Assembly: GCA_013698095.1 (NCBI GenBank)
Contig: JACCVQ010000120.1
Location: 2,350 to 66,349, forward strand
Direction: 5' to 3'
DNA length: 64,000 nt
Source of the DNA: Chloroflexota bacterium
GTDB lineage: Bacteria > Chloroflexota > Limnocylindria > Limnocylindrales > CSP1-4
Part shown: one piece after another, positions 42,063 to 53,069 of the stretch
Position numbering within the stretch: the first letter of the stretch is position 1
How the letters are laid out: every line of letters starts with the position of its first letter
Notes under the pieces: generated by a model
What the model was told of the DNA's origin: nothing
Databases searched by the model: none
Seen by the model: only the letters and a program-made list of their open reading frames with translations
Program-made: the position numbers and the translations under genes

Positions 42063-43241
42063 TCAGTGGATGCAGGCTCCCGTGTCGACTGCTCCCGTCC
42101 GGCCGATCCACGGTTGGATCGTCGTCGCGACCCGGGTTGGGCTGAGGGCGTATCCGACGTCCTCGTCCGTTCGCGCCTCGGCGAAGACGACGCCACCGAC
42201 CGTCCCGTCGGTGAGGATCAGTGGCCCGCCACTGTCGCCCTGGTCCACGACGGCCCGGAGCTCGAGGATCATGCGCGTGACCTTTTGCTCGCCGTAGATG
42301 TCGCGGCCGTTGGCGCTGTACGCACCGGAGATGGCGGCCGCCTCGACATGGAGCGCCCCGCCATGAGGGAAGCCGAGGGTCGCCCCGGTCGCGCCCCGCT
42401 TCGGGTCCGCCGCCGCGAATCGGAGGGCCGGCGCGTCGAGCCTCGGGACCCAGAGGAGTGCGACATCGAGCTCGGGATCCGCGAAGACGACCACGGCGTC
42501 GAGCGACGGTCCGTCGGCGGTCCGGACCCGGACGGTCCGTCCACCGGCGATGACGTGGGCGTTCGTGACGACGTAGCCGCGAGCCACGGCGAAACCCGTC
42601 CCGGTCGACTGGAATTCGCAGGTCAGGGCCGAGATCCGGAGCGTACTCGCGGTAGCGGCTGCGGCGATTGCCTGGGCCGCCGGGTCGGTCGGGCGATCGA
42701 CATCGGGAGCCGGCAGCGGATCCAGCCCCACGAACAGGTCGGGGATGGCGGTGTCGTCGAGGAGGCGACCCAGCTCGGCCGCGATCTCGGTCGGCGGCGG
42801 CAAGATCGTGCTCAGGCCGCGGACGAGGATCGAGGTCTGGGCCTGAACCGCCAGGCTGCGCATCGGCCCCGCCCCGAGGAGGCCCCCGACGAGCCAGACG
42901 ACGAGGATGGCCTGGGCGGCTCCGACGAACCCGCCCAGGAGCCGATCGACGCCGCCGAGGACGCCGCCCCGAAGACGGATGGCGATTGTCCGCCCGACGG
43001 CCGACCCGATCGCTTCACCGACCCCGACGACGAAGAGCAGCCCGCCCAGCACCGCGATCGCGCGGAACTCCGCTGGAATCGTCTCGAGCGGCTGTTCGAG
43101 CCAGGGCAGCGCGGCGATCGCCAGGACCGCCCCACCGAACGCGCCGAGCAGGCCGCCGATCTGGGGCAACGCTCCGGAGCTGACGCCGATCAACACGGCG
43201 GCGATGACGAGGACGACGATGACGAGATCGAAGAGGTTCAC
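42063..43241 (-). CDS. CvpA-family membrane domain fused to trypsin-like serine protease (MarP-like)
   Basis: Four N-terminal TM helices plus an S1 protease with TNAHV (His) and GDSGGP (Ser). Confidence 0.8.
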   Translation of the reverse strand: MNLFDLVIVVLVIAAVLIGVSSGALPQIGGLLGAFGGAVLAIAALPWLEQPLETIPAEFRAIAVLGGLLFVVGVGEAIGSAVGRTIAIRLRGGVLGGVDRLLGGFVGAAQAILVVWLVGGLLGAGPMRSLAVQAQTSILVRGLSTILPPPTEIAAELGRLLDDTAIPDLFVGLDPLPAPDVDRPTDPAAQAIAAAATASTLRISALTCEFQSTGTGFAVARGYVVTNAHVIAGGRTVRVRTADGPSLDAVVVFADPELDVALLWVPRLDAPALRFAAADPKRGATGATLGFPHGGALHVEAAAISGAYSANGRDIYGEQKVTRMILELRAVVDQGDSGGPLILTDGTVGGVVFAEARTDEDVGYALSPTRVATTIQPWIGRTGAVDTGACIH

Positions 43242-43320
43242 CGCCGCGAAGTATGGAGGAGCGCCGCGGACCGAGGCGTGGGGCGCGAGCGCTGCGGCGA
43301 CTCGGCGGCTCCGGAGGGGG

Positions 43321-43914
43321 TCAGTCGATGGTGATCTCGATCGGCGGAGCCTCGCCGCCCGGAGCGGCGATCCGGTAGGTGCCGGGCTCGAGCTCGCCGA
43401 GATCGACGATCGTCGCCTTGAGCACGGCGATCTCGATGCACACGATGTCGCCGGGGCCGGAGCCGTCGACTAGGCTGATGGCGATGTCCGTCCCGGAGCG
43501 CTCCACCTTGACCGAGTCGAGGATCGAACACGGCTCGACGCCGCTGTAGTACGTGACCTTGACGAGGACGCGACGGCCGTCGACAGAGGCCTGGATGAGC
43601 GTCGGGGCGACCGGGTGAAGGTTGGCCTGACCGGGCTTGGGGACGACGAGCTGCGCCTGGCCGACACCGGGATTGACAGGACCCGGAGCCGTCGGGAGGT
43701 CGACGCCGACTCCGCTGCCCGGATCGCCCGCCGAGGCCCCGCCCCCGCCCCCGCTAGGCTGGCTTGCCGCCGGCGGATTCGTGGCTGGCGGTGGCGCGCT
43801 CGGCGATGGACTGGCTGCCGGCGCCTCCGCGGTGCCGGTGCAGGCGCTGACCACGAGGCCGGCGACGAGGACGAGGATGAGGCGTGGGCGGATGGCCCGG
43901 TGGGAGGTCGTCAT
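43321..43914 (-). CDS. putative lipoprotein
   Basis: Signal peptide with lipobox LVVSAC; Pro/Ala/Ser-rich linker. Confidence 0.55.
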   Translation of the reverse strand: MTTSHRAIRPRLILVLVAGLVVSACTGTAEAPAASPSPSAPPPATNPPAASQPSGGGGGASAGDPGSGVGVDLPTAPGPVNPGVGQAQLVVPKPGQANLHPVAPTLIQASVDGRRVLVKVTYYSGVEPCSILDSVKVERSGTDIAISLVDGSGPGDIVCIEIAVLKATIVDLGELEPGTYRIAAPGGEAPPIEITID

Positions 43915-43997
43915 GGCCCGGAGACGACGCGATCCGAGCCCTGGTTCCGTTGGCTGGGGGACCGGCCTCAGGCCCCCGCCGGCTCGAGCCGCCGGGC

Positions 43998-44633
43998 TCA
44001 GGCTGCGCCGGGGCGGGTGTCGATCCGGGCGGGGTGACGGGCCTCCCAGGCATCGATCGCCGGGACCTTGGCCAGGAGATAGCCCATCTCGTCGGTTCCG
44101 GCGAGGAGCATCATGCGGGCGAAGGGGTCCACCTCGAAGGGCAGGTCCTCGTCGCCAGGCAGGTGGACGAGCTGGGCCTCGAGGTCGACCGTCAGCTGGG
44201 CCGTCGGGTTGGCCGCCACCATTTCGAACAGCTGACGATGGCGCTCCGCCTCGACCACGATCGGGAGCAGGCCGTTCTTGAGGGCGTTGTTCCGGAAGAT
44301 GTCGGCGAATGAGGTCGACAGGATCGCCCGGATTCCCCATGCGGTGAGGGCCCACGGCGCATGCTCGCGCGAGGACCCCGTGCCGAAGTTGTCGCCGACG
44401 AGGAGGATCTTCCGGTCGAGCATCGCGACCCGATCCATCACGAAAAGCGGCTCCTTGAGCCCGCCGTCCTCGTCGTATCGCCAGTCGCGGAAGAGCGCCT
44501 CGCGGAGGCCGTCCTTGTCGGTGACCTTCAGGTAGCGCGCCGGCACGATCTGGTCGGTGTCCACGTTCTCGGCCGGCAGCGGAATGACCGCGCTCGTGAA
44601 CGACTGGAAGCGCGCGCCCACGTCAGCGTCCAC
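43998..44633 (-). CDS. leuD: 3-isopropylmalate dehydratase small subunit
   Basis: [14 protein letters not shown] motif. Overlaps the leuC stop. Confidence 0.9.
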   Translation of the reverse strand: MDADVGARFQSFTSAVIPLPAENVDTDQIVPARYLKVTDKDGLREALFRDWRYDEDGGLKEPLFVMDRVAMLDRKILLVGDNFGTGSSREHAPWALTAWGIRAILSTSFADIFRNNALKNGLLPIVVEAERHRQLFEMVAANPTAQLTVDLEAQLVHLPGDEDLPFEVDPFARMMLLAGTDEMGYLLAKVPAIDAWEARHPARIDTRPGAA

Positions 44634-46068
44634 CGACCGCGGCCAGGAGCTCGATGCCGGGCAGCTTCCGCGGATCGCTGACCTCGCCGGCGATGGCCGA
44701 CGCGGCCGCCGTCAGCGGCGAGGCGAGGAACGTCCGGCCGCCCTTGCCCTGGCGGCCCTCGAAGTTCCGGTTCGAGGTGCTGATCGCATATTGGCCGGGT
44801 GCCAGCTGGTCGCCGTTCATCGCGATGCACATCGAGCAGCCGGCTTCGCGCCACTCGGCGCCGGCCGCCCGGAAGATGTGGTTGAGACCCTCGCGCTCGG
44901 CCTCGCGCTTCACCTCGTCGGAGCCCGGCACGATCATCATCCGGACGCCGTCGGCCACGTGGCGATCCTTCAACACCTCGGCCGCGAGCCGGAGATCGCT
45001 GATCCGGCCATTCGTGCACGAGCCGACGAAGACGACGTCGACCTTCTGGCCCAGGATCGCCTGCCCCGGCTGGAGGTCCATGTACTCCAGAGCTCGCTCG
45101 AGCGCCCGCTTGCCTGCGCCGTCGTCGAGATCGGCCGGGGAGGGGACGCGCGACGTGATCGGAATGCCCATGCCGGGGTTCGTGCCGTACGTGACCATCG
45201 GCTCGAGGGCCGAGGCGTCGATCGCGATCGTCTTGTCGTAGACAGCTCCCGGGTCGCTCGGCAGCCCGCGCCAGCGCTCGACCGCGGCGTCCCACGCCGT
45301 TCCCTGCGGCGCGTGCGTCCGGCCGGCAACGTATTCGAATGTCGTGTCATCCGGGGCGATCAGCCCGGCCCTCGCCCCGCCCTCGATCGACATGTTGCAG
45401 ATCGTCATCCGCTGTTCCATCGTCAGCGACCGGATCGCATCGCCGGAGTACTCGAAGACGTGGCCGGTGCCGCCGCCGATCCCGATCCGTGCGATCAGCG
45501 CGAGGATGATGTCCTTGCTGCTCACACCGGGCGCGAGGCGGCCGTCGACCTGGACCTCATAGGTCCTGGGCTGGCGCTGGAGCAGGGTCTGCGTCGCGAG
45601 GACCATCTCGACCTCGCTCGTCCCGATCCCGAAGGCCAAGGCGCCGAACGCCCCGTGGGTCGCGGTATGGGAGTCGCCGCAGACGATCGTCATGCCGGGC
45701 TGGGTCAGCCCGAGCTGCGGCCCGATCACGTGGACGATGCCCTGACCGGGATCGCCCATGCCGTGGAGGGGGATTCCGAACTCGGTGCAGTTGCGGGTCA
45801 GCTGGTCCACCTGGGCAGCGGCCATCGGGTCCGCCATCGGAAGGCTGCGCGGGTGGGTCGGGATCGAGTGGTCGGCGGTCGCCACGGTCCGCTCGGGGTG
45901 GCGGACGGTGAGGCCGCGAGCCCGGAGTCCGCTGAACGCCTGGGGCGAGGTGACCTCGTGGACGAGGTGGAGGTCGATCGCCAGGACGGCCGGCGCGCCC
46001 TGGTCCTGGTCGACGACGTGGTCATCCCAGATCTTGTCGACGATCGTGCGCGGCTGCGAACTGGTCAT
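44623..46068 (-). CDS. leuC: 3-isopropylmalate dehydratase large subunit
   Basis: Aconitase-family Fe-S motifs (VCGDSHT, GSCTNGR). Confidence 0.9.
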   Translation of the reverse strand: MTSSQPRTIVDKIWDDHVVDQDQGAPAVLAIDLHLVHEVTSPQAFSGLRARGLTVRHPERTVATADHSIPTHPRSLPMADPMAAAQVDQLTRNCTEFGIPLHGMGDPGQGIVHVIGPQLGLTQPGMTIVCGDSHTATHGAFGALAFGIGTSEVEMVLATQTLLQRQPRTYEVQVDGRLAPGVSSKDIILALIARIGIGGGTGHVFEYSGDAIRSLTMEQRMTICNMSIEGGARAGLIAPDDTTFEYVAGRTHAPQGTAWDAAVERWRGLPSDPGAVYDKTIAIDASALEPMVTYGTNPGMGIPITSRVPSPADLDDGAGKRALERALEYMDLQPGQAILGQKVDVVFVGSCTNGRISDLRLAAEVLKDRHVADGVRMMIVPGSDEVKREAEREGLNHIFRAAGAEWREAGCSMCIAMNGDQLAPGQYAISTSNRNFEGRQGKGGRTFLASPLTAAASAIAGEVSDPRKLPGIELLAAVGGR

Positions 46069-46259
46069 GGCGTGGCGGGGCTCTCGTGTTCAGATTGGCT
46101 GGGCAGCAGAGGGTAGCAGAGGATCGAGCGGCGTCCGGGCGGGGCGATTGCGGGGCCGTCTCGCGATCACCGGACGATTCGCCCATGGCTGGGCGCGTCG
46201 CGGCGCATGCAGAATGCGCCTCACGGCCGAGGTCCGGCCAGCGCGGAGATCCCCCGCCG

Positions 46260-46799
46260 ATGGTCATCCTGTACGGCATCCCGATCGGCGTGCTGCTCGG
46301 GCTCGCGCTCGGCGGCCGGATCGATCGCCTGGCCGACGTCACATTTCGGTTGGCGCCGCTGGCGTTCCTGGCCCTCGCGATCCAGCTGGTCCTGTTCTCG
46401 CCGCTGACCGACGGGCTGCCGGAGGCGACGGGGCGCTGGATCTACATCGTCTCGACGGCCCTGGTCCTGGTCGTCGTCGGCGCGAACCTGCGGCTACCCG
46501 GCGTTGTGCTGATCGCGGCCGGCGCTGCCTCGAACCTCGCCGCGATCGTCGCCAACGGCGGGGCGATGCCAGCCGCTCCGGGCGCCCTGGCGGCAGTCGG
46601 ACTCGGGACCGGCGGCAACACGAACAGCATCGTCGTTGAGCGCCCGGCCCTGGAACCGCTGACCGACATCTTCGCGACGCCGGAGTGGCTGCCACTGGCC
46701 AACGTATTCAGCGTCGGAGACGTCCTGATCCTCGTCGGGCTGGCGCTGGCGATCGCACTGGCGATGCGCCGCCGACCGGCCCTGGCCGCTCCGGCCTGA
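46260..46799 (+). CDS. hypothetical integral membrane protein (about 5 TM helices)
   Basis: Hydrophobic helices throughout; start at ATG 46260. Confidence 0.5.
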   Translation: MVILYGIPIGVLLGLALGGRIDRLADVTFRLAPLAFLALAIQLVLFSPLTDGLPEATGRWIYIVSTALVLVVVGANLRLPGVVLIAAGAASNLAAIVANGGAMPAAPGALAAVGLGTGGNTNSIVVERPALEPLTDIFATPEWLPLANVFSVGDVLILVGLALAIALAMRRRPALAAPA

Positions 46800-47638
46800 T
46801 CGCCAGGCGAGGCGCGGTCGGGCGGCTCTGGAGCCGCCGGAGGCGAGTCGGTGCAGCGGGGCAACTCGGACCGTTGGCTGGCGCGAAGTGGTACTCCCGT
46901 TGGATGTCAGGCCGGGTCCCGCTCAGCCATCTTCGGAACGAGGACATCCGTCCTCCGCCGACGCCACCGTCCAGGGCAAACCCGTCGTGAGGCTGGGACG
47001 CAAAGCCAGGGATCTCCGATGGGAGACCGCCCGGCCGCCGGGACGTCGACGACGAGGACTCATAAGGAGTCGATCATCCGATGAAGACGAAACTGGCGTT
47101 CTTCAGGGGCAAGTCCTTCCGCGCCTTGTTCACCCTGTCCTCCCTGGCCAGCGCCGCCCTGGTGCTCGAGGCTGCGCAGCGCTGGCATTGAGCCGATCGG
47201 CGTCCACGGCGCCGGCGATGGATTGACGGGACCGTCGGGCGACCGGCGGTCTCGTGGTGTCTGGCGCCGTCGTCGACACCGGGACGCCCGGTCGCGTGAA
47301 CGAATCGGTGCGGTGCAGCTAGTTGCGCGATCACGGGGCGCCTCGTAGACTGCGCGGACCAGCCGGCTCGGCCGGAAATGTTCGGGAGATCGTCTTGGGT
47401 CTGTTCGATGGCCGGAATCGACGCCACGTGGCAATCGCGATCCGCGCGGATGGCCGCCGTGTCCAGATTCCGCTGAACGACTCCGGGCTGTCGGACGGCT
47501 CGCCTCTCGGTCTTCTTCGCTCCCTCGTGGTCGGGCTTGAGAGCCTTCTCGGGCTTCTCATTACCGGCTCCCGGCGGGAGAACGGAGGCGATCGGAGGAA
47601 CGGGCGCTAGGCGCCAAGAACCACCGAGAAACCAACGG

Positions 47639-47670
47639 GACCCTCGCCGGGTGGCGAGGGTCTTTTGTTG
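47639..47670 (+). terminator. attenuator-type intrinsic terminator in the ilvB leader (gaccctcgcc-gggt-ggcgagggtc followed by TTTTGTTG)
   Basis: Ten-bp GC stem plus U-rich tract about 95 nt upstream of the ilvB start. Preceded by a Leu/Val-rich small ORF that uses rare CTT codons. Confidence 0.5.
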
Positions 47671-47766
47671 TCCAGGTCGACATCCGGGCGCGGGCACCCG
47701 GGCGGAGCGGCGATCGGCGTGACTCCGGAAACGAGTGATGCAGTCGAGAGGGCAGGGCAGGGATCG

Positions 47767-49641
47767 ATGACGATGACGAAAGGACCGACGGCGCAACCGC
47801 CGGGTCCGAGCGAGGCTCGTCCGGCGCGGCGGAGCCACGTTCCCAGCGACGGCACGGCGAACGCTCGCGCGGTCGAGGCGGCCCGCCGGGCCATGCTCGA
47901 CGACACGCGACCGCGGCACCGGACCCGAATCGGGGCCGACGTCGTGTGCGAGGCACTCCTCCTCCAGGGCGTCGATCTCTTCTTCTCGTACCCGGGCGGC
48001 GTGATCCTGCCGCTCTACGACGTCCTCGGCGATTACCCCCAGCTCCGCCACGTGCTCGTTCGCCACGAGCAGGGTGGCGCCCATGCGGCCGACGGCTTCG
48101 CCCGGGTCACCGGCCAGGTCGGGGTGTGCATGGGCACGTCCGGCCCCGGCGCCACGAACCTCGTCACCGGGATCGGGACGGCCATGCTCGACTCCGTTCC
48201 GATGGTCGCGATCACCGGCAACGTCCCCTCGGCCCTGATCGGCAAGGACGCCTTCCAGGAGATCGACATCAACGGCATCACCCTGCCGATGACAAAGCAC
48301 AACTACCTCGTCCGCGACGCGAACGACCTGCCGCGCGCCCTGGCCGAGGCGTTCCACATCGCCCGCAGCGGTCGGCCGGGACCGGTCCACGTCGACATCA
48401 CGAAGGACGCCCTCCAGCAGGAGACGTCGGCACCGCATCCGACCCATGAGGAGGTCGTGGCCGGGCTGCCCGGCTTCCGCCCGAATCTCGATGCCAACGG
48501 TCGCCAGCTCAAGCTCGCCGCAGCGGAGCTGGCAACGGCCAAGCGGCCGGTGATCCTGGCCGGTCACGGCGTTCTCCACGCCGAAGCGTGGGACGAGCTC
48601 GTCGCTTTCGCCGAGAAGACCCAGACCCCGGTGGCCCACACGCTGCTCGGGATCGGGGCGATCTCCGAGGACCATCCGCTGAGCTACGGCTTCATGGGGA
48701 TGCACGGCTGGAAGCACGTCAACCGGGCGATCCAGTCGGCCGATCTGCTGATCGCGATCGGGATGCGCTTCGATGACCGGGTCACCGGCAACGTCCGGAC
48801 CTACGCTCCCTACGCCCGGATCGTCCACGTCGACATCGACCCGGCCGAGATCGGCAAGAACGTGGCGGTCGAGGTTCCGATCGTGGGCGATGCGAAGCGC
48901 GTTCTCGCCGCCCTCCTGCCGCTGGTCGAGCCGGTCGATCCGGCGACCCGCGCGGACTACTTCGCCGAGCTGGCCGAGTGGCGGCGCGACTCGGAAGGCT
49001 CGTCGTGGCACGGCTCGGGCGCGTGGCGCGAGGGTGTCCTGTCGGCCGACTACGTGATCGACCGGATCGGCGAGCTGTCGGCCCACGAAGCGACCTACGT
49101 CGCCGACGTCGGCCAGAACCAGATGTGGCTCGCCCGCTACGCCGGGTTCCGCCACCCGAACACGCACGTTTCGTCGGGCGGTCTCGGGACGATGGGCTTC
49201 AGCGTCCCGGCGGCGATGGGCGCGGCGCTCGGCCGGCCCGATCGCGAGACCTGGGCGATCACCGGCGACGGCGGCTTCCAGATGACATCGCAGGAGCTGA
49301 TGACCCTCACCGCGGACAAGATCCCCGTGAAGATCGCTCTCCTCGACAACAAGAAGCTCGGGATGATCCGACAGTGGCAGGAGATCATCTACGCCGGCAA
49401 CTACCACTCCGCCCACCTTCCGGGGCCCGATTTCGCGAAGCTCGCCGACGCCTACGGCATCCCGGCCTTCCGGGCGCGCACGCCGGCCGAGGTCGACGAC
49501 GTGATCAAGGCCGCCCAGGCGGTCGACGGCCCGGCCCTCGTCTGGTTCGAGATCGCCGAGGAGCAGAACATCTTCCCGATGATGCCGGCCGGCAAGGGCC
49601 TGTCCGACCTGATCGAGAAGTGGGGAGGGGCGGACGAGTGA
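47767..49641 (+). CDS. ilvB: acetolactate synthase large subunit
   Basis: TPP-enzyme motifs (GTSGPGATN, GDGGFQMT). Confidence 0.9.
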   Translation: MTMTKGPTAQPPGPSEARPARRSHVPSDGTANARAVEAARRAMLDDTRPRHRTRIGADVVCEALLLQGVDLFFSYPGGVILPLYDVLGDYPQLRHVLVRHEQGGAHAADGFARVTGQVGVCMGTSGPGATNLVTGIGTAMLDSVPMVAITGNVPSALIGKDAFQEIDINGITLPMTKHNYLVRDANDLPRALAEAFHIARSGRPGPVHVDITKDALQQETSAPHPTHEEVVAGLPGFRPNLDANGRQLKLAAAELATAKRPVILAGHGVLHAEAWDELVAFAEKTQTPVAHTLLGIGAISEDHPLSYGFMGMHGWKHVNRAIQSADLLIAIGMRFDDRVTGNVRTYAPYARIVHVDIDPAEIGKNVAVEVPIVGDAKRVLAALLPLVEPVDPATRADYFAELAEWRRDSEGSSWHGSGAWREGVLSADYVIDRIGELSAHEATYVADVGQNQMWLARYAGFRHPNTHVSSGGLGTMGFSVPAAMGAALGRPDRETWAITGDGGFQMTSQELMTLTADKIPVKIALLDNKKLGMIRQWQEIIYAGNYHSAHLPGPDFAKLADAYGIPAFRARTPAEVDDVIKAAQAVDGPALVWFEIAEEQNIFPMMPAGKGLSDLIEKWGGADE

Positions 49642-50273
49642 GCGCTGATGCGAGCTCGAACGGAGTCGTGCCGGAAGTCGCCGCGGCTTCGGCCGCGTCC
49701 ACGTCGCCGGCACCGGCGCGCAGCGCAGGCCCGCCGCCGGCCCGGGCCCTGCCCGGTGGTGGCGAGACCCGCCGCCACACCCTGATCGCGATCGTCCTCG
49801 ACAAGCCCGGCGTCCTGAACCGGGTTGCGTCGCTGATGCGGGCTCGCAACTTCAACATCGATTCGCTGGCGGTCAGCCGGACCGACCAGCCCGACGTCAG
49901 CCGGATGACGATCACCCTCCACGGGGACGACGTCGCGGTCGAGCAGGCCGCCAAGCAGCTGTATCGCCTGATCGATGTCCTGAAGGTCCAGGATGTGACC
50001 GCCGAGTCGGTCGTCGCCCAGGAGTTGGCCCTCGTGAAGATCCGGGCGACCGACTCGAACCGGGGCGAGATCCTGAAGTTGGTCGAACTGTCGAAGGGCA
50101 GGGTCGTTGACCTGGCCCCCGAATCGGTCGTCGTGGAGGTGACCGGACCGGAGGCCGAGATCGACGGGTTCGTCGCCCTCGTCCGCAGCTACGGGATCAA
50201 GGAAATCGTTCGAACCGGATCGGTCGTCATGAGCAGAGGGTCGAATTCGATCGAGGAAGCGGTGAAGAGGTGA
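49638..50273 (+). CDS. ilvN: acetolactate synthase small (regulatory) subunit
   Basis: ACT domain (HTLIAIVLDKPGVLNRVASLMRARNFNIDSLAV). GTGA overlap with ilvB. Confidence 0.85.
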   Translation: MSADASSNGVVPEVAAASAASTSPAPARSAGPPPARALPGGGETRRHTLIAIVLDKPGVLNRVASLMRARNFNIDSLAVSRTDQPDVSRMTITLHGDDVAVEQAAKQLYRLIDVLKVQDVTAESVVAQELALVKIRATDSNRGEILKLVELSKGRVVDLAPESVVVEVTGPEAEIDGFVALVRSYGIKEIVRTGSVVMSRGSNSIEEAVKR

Positions 50274-50376
50274 AGACGGTGCGGAAGCATCCCCGGCGAA
50301 CTGACACGACATCTCCGAGGCGCGAGGCCGAGGCGCAGCCTCCGCAGGCCATCGCTCCGAGGACGGCGGTAAAGCG

Positions 50377-51453
50377 ATGACAGCGCGCATGTACTACGAC
50401 AACGACGCCCGGCCCGAGGCGCTCGCGGGGCAGACCGTCGCGATCATCGGCTACGGGTCGCAGGGTCATGCCCATGCCCGGAACCTTCACGAGTCGGGGG
50501 TCGATGTCGTCGTCGGTCTGAAACCGGGCTCCAAGAGCCGGGCCGTCGCCGAGGAGGCCGGCCTCCGCGTCGCCGACGTCGCCGAGGCCGTGAAGTCGGC
50601 CGAAGTGATCATGATCGCGGTCCCCGACACGCTCCAGAAGTCGGTCTACGACGCCGAGATCGAGCCGTACCTCCGGCCCGGCCAGCTCCTGATGTTCGCC
50701 CATGGCTTCAACATCCGGTTCGACCGGATCAAGCCGCCGGCCAACATCGACGTCGGGATGGTCGCCCCGAAGGGCCCCGGTCATCTCCTCCGCTCGGTGT
50801 ACGAGTCGGGCGGCGGCGTGCCGGCCCTGTTCGCGGTCGAGAACGACGCCTCGGGCACGGCCCGCGATCGCGTCCTCGCGTACGCCCGCGGGATCGGCTC
50901 GACCCGGGCCGGCGTCCTCGAGACAACGTTCAAGGAAGAGACCGAGACCGACCTGTTCGGTGAGCAGGCGCTCCTGTGCGGCGGCGTGTCGGCCCTGATA
51001 AAGGCCGCGTTCGAGACGCTCGTCGAGGCCGGCTACCAGCCCGAGCTCGCATATTTCGAGACGATGCACGAACTGAAGCTGATCGTCGACCTGATGTACC
51101 GCGGCGGCCTGAACTTCATGCGATTCAGCGTCAGCGACACCGCCGAGTACGGCGACTATGTCTCGGGCCCGCGGATCACCGAGGGCGTGAAGGCCACGAT
51201 GAAGGACGTCCTGTCCGACATCCAGAGCGGCTCGTTCGCCAGCCGCTGGGTCGCCGAACAGGAATCCGGCGGGGCCGAGTTCGCCCGCCTCCGACAGCAG
51301 GACAAGGAGCACCAAATCGAGCAGGTGGGGCGCGATCTGCGCGCCCAGATGACCTTCCTCAACCCTGTCGTGGTTGCCGCCGGCGAGGCCCAGGGGTCGG
51401 TCGGGTCCGCGGCAACCGCTCCTGCCTCCGCCACCGCCGGGCCCGCGCGGTGA
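50377..51453 (+). CDS. ilvC: ketol-acid reductoisomerase
   Basis: [12 protein letters not shown] Rossmann motif; full-length class I KARI. Confidence 0.9.
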   Translation: MTARMYYDNDARPEALAGQTVAIIGYGSQGHAHARNLHESGVDVVVGLKPGSKSRAVAEEAGLRVADVAEAVKSAEVIMIAVPDTLQKSVYDAEIEPYLRPGQLLMFAHGFNIRFDRIKPPANIDVGMVAPKGPGHLLRSVYESGGGVPALFAVENDASGTARDRVLAYARGIGSTRAGVLETTFKEETETDLFGEQALLCGGVSALIKAAFETLVEAGYQPELAYFETMHELKLIVDLMYRGGLNFMRFSVSDTAEYGDYVSGPRITEGVKATMKDVLSDIQSGSFASRWVAEQESGGAEFARLRQQDKEHQIEQVGRDLRAQMTFLNPVVVAAGEAQGSVGSAATAPASATAGPAR

Positions 51454-53069
51454 GCGGCTCCGCGGTCGCGGCCGGCAGCGTCCGGATCTTCGACACGACC
51501 CTGCGTGACGGTGAGCAGGCACCGGGCGCCGGTCTGACCGCCGCCGAGAAGCTCGAGGTCGCGCGCCAGCTCGCGCGGCTCAAGGTCGACGTCATCGAAG
51601 CGGGATTCCCGGCGGCCTCGCCGGGCGACTTCGAGGCAGTCCGCCGGATCGCCCAGGAGACGAGGGGCGGGATCGCGGTGGCGGCCCTCGCCCGCTGCCG
51701 CGACGGGGATCCGCAGCGGGCCGTCGAAGCGATCCGGATCGCCGAGCGGCCGCATCTCCACGTGTTCATCGCGACGAGTGACATCCACCTCAAGCACAAG
51801 CTCAAGATCTCGCGCGAGCAGGCCCTCGCCGAGGCCGTCCGTTGGGTGCGCTACGGCAGGGAGGCGCTCGGCTCGGACGCCGAGATCGAGTTCTCGGCCG
51901 AGGACGCCTCGCGGACCGACACCGACTTCCTCCTCCAGATCTACGAGTCGGTCGTGGCGGCCGGGGCGTCGACCGTCAACATCCCCGACACCGTCGGCTA
52001 CGCGATCCCGTCGGAATTCGGGGCGCTCACGAAGCGCGTCGTCGACCTCGTCGGGCGCGACGCCACCGTCAGCGTTCACTGCCACAACGACCTCGGGCTG
52101 GCCACCGCCAACACCCTGGCCGCGGTCCAGGCCGGGGCGCGCCAGGTGGAGGTCACGATCAACGGCCTCGGCGAACGGGCTGGCAACGCCTCGCTGGAAG
52201 AGGTCGTGATGTCGCTCAGGACCCGCCCGACCCAGTTCCCGGAGCTCGTCAGTGGCGTCCAGACCGAGCAGATCACCGCCGCCTCGCGTCTCGTCAGCTA
52301 CCTGACCGGGTTCGCGGTCCAGCCGAACAAGGCGGTCGTCGGCGGGAATGCCTTCGCCCACGAATCCGGGATCCACCAGGACGGGGTGATCAAGAACCCG
52401 CTGACCTACGAGATCATGACCCCGCAGTCGGTCGGGCTGACCGGCAGCCAGCTCACGATCGGCAAGCTGTCGGGGCGGCGCGGACTCCAGGGCAAGCTCC
52501 GCGAGCTCGGCCACGACGTCGAGGGCGAGGCGCTCGACGCTCTCTATCGCCAGGCGATCGCCCTCGCCGACGCCAAGAAGGATGTCACCGACGCGGACTT
52601 GCTCGCCCTCGTCGAGCAGCGCGCGTCGGAGGTCCCGGCGTCGGTCGAGCTCGTCGGCTGGAGCGTCACCTCGTCGCACGGTGGCAACGCCACGGGCTCG
52701 GTCACCCTGACGGTTCGCGGGGAGGACCGCTCGGCCGAGGCGACCGGCAACGGTCCGGTTGACGCTCTCTATTCGGCTGTCGATCAGGCACTCCACGGCC
52801 AGCTCGGCTGGCATCCGGTGCTCACCCACTGGGAGATCAAGGCGGTCTCGGCCGGCGAGGACGCCCAGGGCCAGGTCCTCGTCCGCTGCCGGCGCTCGTC
52901 GGAGGAAGGTCCGGGGGCGCTGGTGGTGTCGGGTCACGGGTTATCGACGAACATCATCGAGGCGTCCCTCGACGGCTACCTGGTCGCGGTGAACAAGCTC
53001 CATGGGGCCGAGATCAACGGCGTCGACGTGGCGTTCGTCGGGCAGCGCACGGCCGAGAACCTGCCGTGA
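51450..53069 (+). CDS. leuA: 2-isopropylmalate synthase (short bacterial type)
   Basis: [24 protein letters not shown], and a C-terminal LeuA dimerisation domain (GNGPVDA). GTGA overlap with ilvC. Confidence 0.85.
   Translation: MSGSAVAAGSVRIFDTTLRDGEQAPGAGLTAAEKLEVARQLARLKVDVIEAGFPAASPGDFEAVRRIAQETRGGIAVAALARCRDGDPQRAVEAIRIAERPHLHVFIATSDIHLKHKLKISREQALAEAVRWVRYGREALGSDAEIEFSAEDASRTDTDFLLQIYESVVAAGASTVNIPDTVGYAIPSEFGALTKRVVDLVGRDATVSVHCHNDLGLATANTLAAVQAGARQVEVTINGLGERAGNASLEEVVMSLRTRPTQFPELVSGVQTEQITAASRLVSYLTGFAVQPNKAVVGGNAFAHESGIHQDGVIKNPLTYEIMTPQSVGLTGSQLTIGKLSGRRGLQGKLRELGHDVEGEALDALYRQAIALADAKKDVTDADLLALVEQRASEVPASVELVGWSVTSSHGGNATGSVTLTVRGEDRSAEATGNGPVDALYSAVDQALHGQLGWHPVLTHWEIKAVSAGEDAQGQVLVRCRRSSEEGPGALVVSGHGLSTNIIEASLDGYLVAVNKLHGAEINGVDVAFVGQRTAENLP

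Noticed and set aside
47074-49713. 879-aa minus-strand ORF
   Set aside because: Antisense to ilvB, whose translation is unmistakable; high GC removes stops in the reverse frame.
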